Below, piece after piece: positions 48,884 to 59,700 of a stretch of 64,000 nucleotides of DNA (position 1 is the first letter of the stretch; every line of letters begins with the position of its first letter). Made by a program: the position numbers and the translations under genes. The notes beneath the pieces are model-generated. The model ran no database searches and was not told where the DNA came from. It was given only the letters and a program-made list of their open reading frames with translations. This DNA comes from Octopus sinensis (taxonomy: Eukaryota). Location: the NCBI RefSeq assembly GCF_006345805.1, contig NC_043002.1, positions 3,410,001-3,474,000 on the forward strand. Direction: 5' to 3'.

Positions 48884-51800
48884 CAGCCATGACCTTTAGC
48901 TGGCTGTTTTAAAAATAAAATTGATAAATCTTCAAGATAAGAGAAATAATGAGATTTGTGAAAAATAAAATGTCAACATTTTACAATGTTTAATACACAT
49001 ACAAACATTCTAATCACCATCTTATAAATTTATCTGTGGCAATCTTTATACTCAGTGTGGATGTAGTGTTAGAACGTTGTATTACTGATTCTCTCATATA
49101 AAAAAACACAGGAGTGGTGGCGTGGTAAGTAGCTTACCAACCACCTGGTTCTAGGTTCAGTTCCATTGCCTGGCACCTTGGACAAGTGTCTTCTACTAAG
49201 TTCTGGGGTCAGTTTGCTCGACTAAAGGTAGTGCTCCAGCATGGCCACAGTCAAATGACTGAAACAAGTAAAAGAATATCATTAGCAGAAGAGAATCGTC
49301 TGGCATGCATGGGAGAACTGTTAGATCACGATTTCAGCATACATATGCTTCATCAGGAACAGACATTTACTGACTACATGCCAGCAGAATTCCACCACCA
49401 ATGACGTTGAAAAATAGGGACTGTTCAATCACTGATGTCACAAATAAGGAGCAGGCTCTTTAGAAATAGATATCAGTGACAGCAGCACTATTAATATTGA
49501 ATGATACACATACACGCGCGTGCACATTTGTGTGAGTATAAAATTTAGGTTATGCTGTAGAAGCATCTCCAGAATAAAATCATCTATATAACATAATTAA
49601 TGTTATGTGAATTGTTAAGAAACCAGAAGCCGCAGTTTTTGTGTGCAAATAATCATTTTATAGATATATTGTATTAAACAACACTATATATATCATTGCT
49701 AAAACAAAATTTACCCAGAAGTGACCATGAGAGTGACAGATGTGCATTTCACTATTGTTGCAGCTTATCAATGTTCTGTACTTGTGTCACTTTCAGAACA
49801 AGATAGAATCAACCAATGGGAAGAGACAACTATGCATTGGTTTGTGAGAATGCTGCATTAGTTGGCCATAATGCTTCCCACTCGTCACTCTTTGCTAATT
49901 ATTATTAGTTGATATTTCCTTAATTTAGGTGGCAAGATGGCAGAATTGTTACTTTACCAGACAAAATGCTTAGCGGCATTTCTTCCAATTTTACATTTTG
50001 AGCTCAAATTCTGCCAAGGTCAACTTCGCCTTTTGTCCTTTTGAGATTAATAAAATAAGTACCAGCTAAACACTGGGGTCCATGTTATCAACTTATCCCC
50101 TCCCTTGAAATTGCTGGCCTTGTACCAAAGTTTGTAACCAATATTTCCTTAACTTTAGACAACCATTGTCATATTTATTCATTGTTTCATTGGAAAGAAA
50201 TTCTTGTGTTTGTTGTAAATTCTCACACCATGCTTTCATGGATTCTCTTGTAGAGGTACAACTCGTAAAACAGATGCCAACGATTGCTGCCAACCAACAG
50301 CCGACCATTGCTATCATCACTGCTATGTATTATGAAAAACTTGCTGTTGATGCCATGATGGAAAATAAGACGACATACATGAAATACAAAACAGAAGGTC
50401 TGTTGGTTCAATTCTATTCTTTTTAATGTTCTGAATTGTTTGTGAATAAAAAAAAAAAATTCTTTTCAGGCACTAACTAAGGGACATGCTCAAGTGGCTA
50501 TGGTCAAGCAACTGACAAGCATATCTGTGGAATTGAGCAGAATATTTGCTATAATGATATTTCTGCTTCAGCACTGACTCTGTCTGAAATGTAATGGAAA
50601 ATAGGTCAGTTTCAAAACACTGATGTCTAGGTGATAAAAGCAAAGTTTGAAGGGAACAGTGGTCATTTCCTTTGATTTCTAGATAGAAGCAAATAAGAAA
50701 TAGCACTGAGTTGTCAAATCATTGTTGTTTAATGTCTGCTTTCCATGCTGGCATGGGTTGGACGGTTTGACTGAGGACTGGCAAGCTAGGAGGCTGCACC
50801 AGGCTCCAATCTGATCTGGCAAAGTTTCTACAGCTGGATGCCCTTCCTAATGCCAACCACTCCAAGAGTGTAGCCTGAATGCCACCCAAAGGCTAGTATC
50901 TTAATATTTACATGAAGCTCTTAGTAAATTGATTGCTTGAGGCTTCATGGATAGACTTCGGAGAAATCAGTTTGTGCCATTTCTGTGAATATTTTGGGTC
51001 TCAGGAAATGCAAAAACAAAGATTGGTTTGATGGAAATATCTCAACTTCTGGACACCAAGCATAAATAACAGCAGAAATTGCTGGATCTTAATTTATCTG
51101 GAATGAATTGCTTGAAGGAAGAGGAAGCAAGTTATTTGAAGGACCAGAAATCAGTGGAAGAATGCATCGACTTGGGATGCTTCTATTTACAGAGCTCCAT
51201 CATCATCATCATTGTTTAACGTCCGCTTTCCATGCCAGCATGGGTTGGATGGTTCGACCGGAGTCTGGGAAGCCAGAAGGCTGCACCAGGCTCAGTCTGA
51301 TCTGGCAATGTTTCTACAGCTGGATGCCCTTCCTAATGCCAACCACTCCGTGAGTGTAGTGGGTGCTTTTTACGTGCCACCAGCACAGGTGCCAGACGAG
51401 GCTGGCAAACGGCCACGGTTGGATGATGCTTTTTACGTGCCACCGGCACGAAAGCCAGTCAGGGCGGCACTGGCAACTGCCACGTTCGGATGGTTCTCTT
51501 ATGTGCCACCAGCACTGGTATCACAGCTACAATTTCCATTCATGTTGATCGATTTTGATTTTTGATTTTTTGATCAATACAAATGAATCACTGCCATTCA
51601 AAGGTGTATTCACTGGCTGCTGGGGTGAGAATTCATTTTGGATTAATGCACAAAGATGAAACTACTGTTGGAGTAATCCTTGACCAAATTATATCCCTCT
51701 TTGGTCATAAAAAATGCCTTTAAACGATCAGGGCTGAAGACCCATCATGGAAATGCTATGAAATGTATTACAGTCTGATGCCTGCAATGAGAATATGGTT

Positions 51801-53650
51801 ACGTTTGAACCCAAGATAGACAACCATCTCTCTCACACACACTCTTGGGAGAGATTAGGCAGAGGCATGGCTCTGTAGTACAAAGTGTGCTTCTCAACTG
51901 CATGGTTCCAGGTTCAGTCCCACTGTGTGGTACCATAGGCAAGTGTCTTCTACTATAGCATCTGATCAAAGCCTTGGTAGACAGAAACTGAAAGAAGCCC
52001 ATCATGTATATTTTTTATAAATTTGTAAATAACACCCAAAGGCTGTAAATTTTGGAGAAAAGTGACCACATAAATCTTTTTATAATGACCGTAATTGTAT
52101 ATTTTATAATAATAATAATAATAATAGAAGCTCCAATTAAATCAACTAAACCTAAACAAATGACTGAAAAAAGATGGGCCTATATTATTATTATTATAAA
52201 AAAATGATATACAATTTACAGGCGCAGGAGTGGCTGTGTGGTAAGTAGCTTGCTAACCAACCACATGGTTCCGGGTTCAGTCCCACTGCGTGGCACCTCG
52301 AGCAAGTGTCTTCTGCTATAGCCCCGGGTCGACCAATGCCTTGTGAGTGGATTTGGTGGACGGAAACTGAAAGAAGCCTGTCGTATATATGTATGTATAT
52401 CATCATCATCATCATCGTCGTCGTTTAGCGTCCGTTTTCCATGCTAGCATGGGTTGGACGGTTCTGCTGGGGTCTGTGAAGCCAGAAGGCTTCATCAGGC
52501 CCAGTCAAATCTGGCAGTGTTTCTACGGCTGGATGCCCTTCCTAACGCCAACCACTCCGTGAGTGTAGTGGGTGCTTTTTACGTGCCACCCGCACTGGTG
52601 CCAGACAGAGCTGGCAAACGGCCACGAACGGATGGTGCTTTTTATGTGCCACCGGCACGAGGGCCAGGCGAGGCTGGCAACGGACACGAAACGGGGCGGT
52701 GCTGGCAACGGTCGCGAAACGGAAAGTTCTCTTACATGCCACCGGCACTGGTAACACATCTGCAATTTCCATTGATCGATTTCCATTGATGTATGTGTGT
52801 GTGTGTTTGTGTGTCTGTGTTTGACAACCGATGCTGGTGTGTTTCCGTCCCCGTCAATTAGCGATTCGGCAAAAGAGACCGATAGAATAAGTACTGGGCT
52901 TACAAAGAATAAGTCCCGGGGTCGATTTGCTCGACTAAAGGCGGTGCTCCAGCATGGCCGCAGTCAAAATGACTGAAACAAGTAAAAGAGAGTATATATA
53001 ATTTACAGTTGATTGCTACTGTCATGCAAGCAGTGTCATTCATTTCCAATGTTCCATGGAAACATGTCTGGCCATGTGTGTGTGTAAGGGGGGGGGGTAT
53101 TACTTTACTTGGAAACTGATGAGGGCTGGAGACTGAAAAGGTGTCTCACCATAAAAAATCTGCTTTGGTAAACTCCATCTAACTCATGCAGGAATAGAGA
53201 AATGGACGTTAAAACGATAGTGATGATTATTCTACACACACACACACACACACAACTATGTATCTTTATGTGTATATATAGAGATACTTGTGAATAACTT
53301 TCTCCTGGATTCCTTGAACAGTCTACTCTGTTGCAAACACGTCCACAAGGTTTCTTGTGGGAAGCTGTCACAATATCTTCTCACACCAACCCCACAGCTT
53401 TCTTTCTTCTGTGAGGTGTCACAATTTGTCAGAAGAGCCCCTACTCAAGGGAACCAGATCATACATAAGGAGATAGCAACTGAAATGTAAAATTTTAATG
53501 CACACATGCAGCTGTGTAACATATTTATGATGGTGATGATGATGATGATACATATTGGCCTAAGTTATTGTATACGCCTCCACATTGTCCAACATGATAA
53601 CCTACACACACACACACACACACACGCACACACACACACACACACACCAT

Positions 53651-53700
<50 letters not shown>

Positions 53701-56700
53701 CCGGCTCAAGCTACCGACCACTTGGGCAGTCGCTGAGGGCGCTGTGTGCTAGGGGGCACCAAGGAGGGTGTGACCATGACAACATTTCCAAGACTGTCAG
53801 CTTGTACATGTCAAAGTTCAGCTTGTCCAGGGCACCAGCAACCCTAGGGCAGCCTTAGACAGACACACACACACGCACTGACCCATACATACACGCACAC
53901 TGAAAGGGAAGAGCTGAAGGACCCTCCCCACCATCTCATCCATACTAAAACACAGGAAATAATTACATTTGAAATGGAGGCTGTTGGCTAGATTTAAAAA
54001 AAGTAAAAAGGTTTTAGATAAAGGGAGATAATCAACTAAGTTACAGATTTGTTATCTATCTGCACTGATAGAATTTTTTTCTCTTTCCCCCTCTGTTTGT
54101 GTGTATGTGTGTGTATATACATAGACACACTGATAAATTATATGAAAACAGATTGTTTTAATTTTTAAGTATTATGTAAAATATTTTATAAGCATAATTG
54201 AGGCAAATGTATGTCGACTTAGACTGAGTTACTAATTAGTTAAGATAGTAACAAATTAAGGTGCTGTGTTTGGTGTCTAATTGTAATATGAGAGTCTAAA
54301 GAACATAATTACAACTTATATTAGTAATTCCCTTTAAGTCATAGTATTATACATTTGTCTGCAAAGGAAATCCAGTGGAACAGAGATGTCGCCTGGTTTT
54401 GGCTGCTAAATTCAATTGGAATTTTGTGGCAGCCCCATCAGAAACAGCTACCAGACTGCATGTTGTCTGTACTAGAGGAAATAAGAGTAAAGTTGTTGGA
54501 AAACGGCATCCCTTTCATTAATGTAGTATTTATTATATTAGCTTTGGTATGTGTGACCATTTAAAATGGTTAGCATTAGGGTCATGTCTGTATAATGTGT
54601 CTGTATACACACACACACACACACACACACATATACTTTCAGTTGGATTGTGGAATGAGCATTGCTGAGAGGTAACAGTCTTGGCACAAGTGCACAGCCT
54701 TGACTGTAACAGGTCTATAACACTGGTATTCATTATCATCATCATCATCTTCGTTTAACGTCCGTTTTCCATGCTGGCATGGGTTGGACGGTTTGACTGA
54801 GGATTGGCGAGCCAGATGGCTGCACCAGGCTCCAATCTGACCTGGCAAAGTTTCTACAGCTGGATGACCTTCCTAATGCCACTCCAAGAGTGTAGTGGGT
54901 GCTTTTTACATGGCATGGGCCAGAAGACCTAGCATCGACCACGATTGGATGGTGCTTTTTACATGCTACCAGCACGGGGGTCATAACTACAATTTCCATT
55001 TTATTTGACTTTGATATTGATGTACTCGACTCAATAGGTCTCCTCATTGGGCTGGTTATGTGACACTGGTGTAAGCTACAGCTGTGAACTCACTTTATTT
55101 GCCAGGTCCTCTCAGTCACAGCATACCTCCAGAGGTCTCGGTCCCCTGTCTTGTGTATAAAATGTAACAAGTCTATATCAGTGGTACTATTCATGAATGA
55201 ATATGTTCTTTATTAAAAATTATTTGGTCAAATACCTACACAGAAAGGTTTGCTCAATTGTAAATCTTGTTGATAATTTAAAAATTAAAGAAGCCATCCC
55301 TTATCCTCATCAAATGCTTTCACTACAGCTGCTGAGTTGTGTGTGCTGCCATTTATTTTTGTTACAGCTTTTATGTTATAACCATTTTCTTTCACATTGT
55401 CTGTTGTGGCCTGTTTTCATGATATTCTTCATAAGAAGTTGCTGTGACCAAAATCTCAAATGCCATTTCTTTTATTTCTTTAGCAGTATTACTTTGGATC
55501 TTCTATCATAATTATTATTTAATAATCTTAGCTCTTTTTTATGTCTTTAATAGTCAAAAGACAAAAAGCAGATAATAATAATAATGGTTTCAGATTTTGG
55601 CACAAGGCCAGCAATTATGAGAAAGTGGGTAAATTGATTACATCAATCCCAGTGCATGACTGGTATTTATTTAATCGACCCCAAAAGGATGAAAAGTAAG
55701 GTAGACCTTGGTGGAATTTGAACTCGGAATGTAAAGACCAATAAAATGCCACTAAAGATTTAACCTGGTGTGCTCATGATTCTGCCAGCTCACTGCTTTT
55801 AATAATAATAATAATAATAATAATAGTAATAATGATGTGCTTATAGTACACAGTGTTCAGGTGCACTACATCTCGTTGGAAAAGGTTAAAAGAGAGGAGA
55901 AAATGCAGCAATAAGTGAAATAAAGAAGACAAAAACAAACCCAACAGTGTAAGCCAGAAGCACATACTCGGGGCCTCAGGATGAAACCCAGAAAGAGAGA
56001 AAATTAATGAGTAAAAGTCATAAAGAGGAAAGGGTTTGTAGGCGTGTCAGATGAAGTGTTGCTGAATTCCAGGAAGCATGGAATTTTCAAAGGATGCATT
56101 ATCTTGACAGCTAACAACTCATGTGGATAATTTGTTCCATGTTTTGACTATTTTGAATGTGAGAAAAATGTCATGGGGCCCCACATCTTTTTTATTTAAA
56201 AAATTTTTTCATTTTAATAATCCTGCATGGTTTTGAATTTTAAAAAAAGTGTTTGAAAGAATCTATTGAGTATAGAAAGATGGAACTAGAATGATAATAA
56301 ATAATGTATCTCTGTTGCCATTGAGAAAGTCTTTCAAAGTCAGTTGACCATTCCTTATATTGTTTCAGGTGAATCCAATGTGTACACAATTGGTTTTATT
56401 GGAGAACACAAAGTTGTTTCAACTAAACTCCCTGCTATTGGCCATGCAAGATCTGCTCAGATTTCTTCTGGAAACACCACAACAAGATTACTTGGTAAGG
56501 AAAGAAGTTGTTTTCTTTTTATGATCCTTAAATTATTAAATGTATTTATTTGTCCTGGTTACAAAAAGTATAAGTCTAACGTTTTGTGTTAAACATCTTT
56601 TAGTGTTTGTTTTCTATGTTGTTTTATATTATTTCCTGTTGAGAATTATTGGTGGCACCAATGTAATTAGGAGGGAAACTAAGTTGTAAGAGGAATTACA

Positions 56701-59700
56701 AAACCCTCAATGGTAAGAATGAAGCAGCTTTATTTAATACACGACGATGCACGATCATGTTTTGTTTGTTTCTATGAAAGCCATTTAATGTTAATGAAAA
56801 AGACATTAGCCGCAAAAGGTGGAGAGGAACAGATTGAACAAGATGATGATGATGATGATGATCTGTTGTTGGATGTGCATTGTTGATTCAAAAGGAAGCT
56901 AATTTCATCATGATTTAGCATCCATTTTCCATGTTGGCATGGATTGAACATTTTGACAGAAACCAACATGTAGGAAAACTGCTCCAGTTGTCCGTTTTGG
57001 TGTGATTTCTACAGCTGGATGTCCTTCCTAATGCCAACCACTTTCCGCAATGTACTGGCTGCTTTTTTTATGTGGCACCAACACAGCTGCTTTTTACATG
57101 GTGCAATCCTTTATACACCAACCTGCCTGAAACTGTCCCTTGTTCTTTGACAATCTCGTTTTAAAGTAATCCAAATTAAAATCTTCCCTCGAAATAATGT
57201 TAATTTGTTCCAAAAACCAGAATTAATAACGACAAAATTATTTTTGTAAATTCCTCATTATTTTCAAAATTAATTGAAACAAGGGTCGTATGTTTCAACA
57301 GAAATCCGGTCCTGAAAGGGTTATGGATGTTGAAAGCATGGCTCAGTGTCTTATACCAAAGACATTGGACAGAATTTATAAGTGATCAAACTCATTAAGT
57401 TGTTAGAACAATGATCAAGGGCTGAATGATCACCTGTGCTGCCTCTATACCTGTGATCAGACATTTAACCATAAATAGATACCCATGGGTAGATACTGCT
57501 CACTCTACAAATTGATGAGGAAGCATCCATACAATCACACAAAATGTTAGAAAAAGCAACCAAATATCCCTCAGACTTGATCCTACCAACATTAAAATTG
57601 TATAACTGAGTTGAGATATATAATATGCCAGAAAAAAAAATATAAACTAGGACATCCAGCTGTAGAAACTCTGCCAGATCAAGATTGGAGCCTGGTGCAG
57701 CCATCTGGTTCACCAGTCCTCAGTCAAATCATCCAACCCATGCTAGCATGGAAAGCGTTGTCCACAAAGGTAGTAGGGGGGTGTGTCCATGAACTAAATT
57801 CAAAATTTCAAATCTATATATGTATGTATGTGTATAGATAAGGACAAGCATATTAAAAGGGGTCTGTGAACCACTGCACTACACAAAGTATTTATTTAAT
57901 TCTATTATATCTCATTTGAGAGATGATGACACTGAATGAACCAGGTGTTTTCACACCTTTTTACCATAAGAGAGATTTTTTTTCTCCGTGGTAACTGCCA
58001 TGTATTTACCTTTAGCAGTTGAGGTATATGACAAACATATTTCAACTAACCTAAATTCTGCTCAAATTTTAAGTTTTCTACCAATTACTAGTTGCATCCA
58101 TTTCTGACAGCAACAGTGTCAAGGGAGTATCTGTAAGTCAGTGTAGAACAAATACTATACAGGGTATATTTGAAAGTACTGGATTTTTTTTTTTCTGATT
58201 ATATTTGTATCTTATTAACTACACCTCACATCTAACTTTTTGTCTAGCTACCAAATAATGTCTCTACCCTCCATTCTTCTCAAGCAAGTCTCATAGTTTT
58301 TATGGCACCATCTCCTATACCATTCCATCCAGCTAGAACTTTGCTCCATCCATTCTTCTCCGGTCTGTGGTTCACAACTGATTGTTCCAGTTGTCTTCCG
58401 TCTTATAGGTCGCTATCTTGCCTAATATTTCTTAGAAGCTACATCTGACTGCAGGTTCTTTCAGCTTCCACACCATCTTTCTAAAGGTTGCCTTGTGCTT
58501 CCCCCACGCTAAGAGGTCATCAATTACTAATCTTTGTCGAGTGATAGTTTTCATTTAGGACAAGACTTAAGATGCGTAAGCAACTGTGTGTCCTATTTCC
58601 TGGTGACTATGAAGTCTATCTGACTTACACACACACACATCTCTGCATATGCAGGGCTGGTTGTGTGGTTAAGAAGTTCACTTCCCAAATACATGGTTCC
58701 AGGTTCAGTCCCACTGTATGACATATTAAGCAAGTGTCTTTTACTATATTTCTGGGCCTGAGCCTTTTGAATGAATTTGGTAGATGGAAACTGAAAGAAG
58801 CCCATTGTATATATGCATGTATGTGTTTGAGTTTACATGTGTTTACATTTGCACATTTGAAAATCACTAAGCTACAACAAGTGGTGATGTCGTTGCCAAC
58901 AAATTGTTCACTTGTTATTCACCTTCAAAGATGTATGGAACTTTTTAAAAAATGCCTTGATTTTAAAACCGGTAAAGGTTAGCATCAAGTTCTTCTTGCA
59001 TGTCTTTCTGCAGCAGAGTGCTGCCAATTCTGAGAAGGAGCAAAGAATTGATTCCAGCATTTGACTGGCACTTTAGTTATCAACCCTGGATGAAAGACAG
59101 TGTTGACCTCTATTTGATTTGAACTCAAAATGCATTTAACTAAAACAAATACCACAAGGCATTCTATCTGGCACCATAATAATATGAATTCCAATTCTTT
59201 ATCTGTGCATTAAGGATGTGAAAGCAGGGGAAACAGCAGAACCATAATGGATAGTCAGAAACATGCTATGTTGGACTTGTGTTAGAAAATTAGATGCTAT
59301 AGGGAGGGAGTGATCCACCATGACTGGCAGGATCACCATCAAATGTTAAAAGGACACAAGATGTAAAACAAGGCCCCGATAATAGATTCATCTAACCCAT
59401 ACTAGCTTAGAAAAATGGACATAAAAATAAAAGTATATATTTGACTTGTTTCAATCCTTGGGTTTTAGTCAGACAAATTGACACCAGTTCTTATTTTTTA
59501 AGCCTGGTACGTACTCTATCAATCTCTTTTGCCAATCTACTCAGTTATGGGGATGTAAACAAACCAAGACCGGTTGTCAAGTGATGGTGGTTGACACTCA
59601 CACACAAACATGACATGCTCTTTTCAGTTTCCTTCTACCAAATTAATTTCCAAAGACTTAGGTTGACCCAGAGGTATAAATAGTAGACACTTACTCAAGG

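Noticed and set aside
51212-51565. Recurring ORFs containing FLQLDALPNANHS (also 7030, 20469, 31554, 33777, 43947, 52454)
   Set aside because: Translations of the family C SINE-like repeat; frames and stops differ between copies
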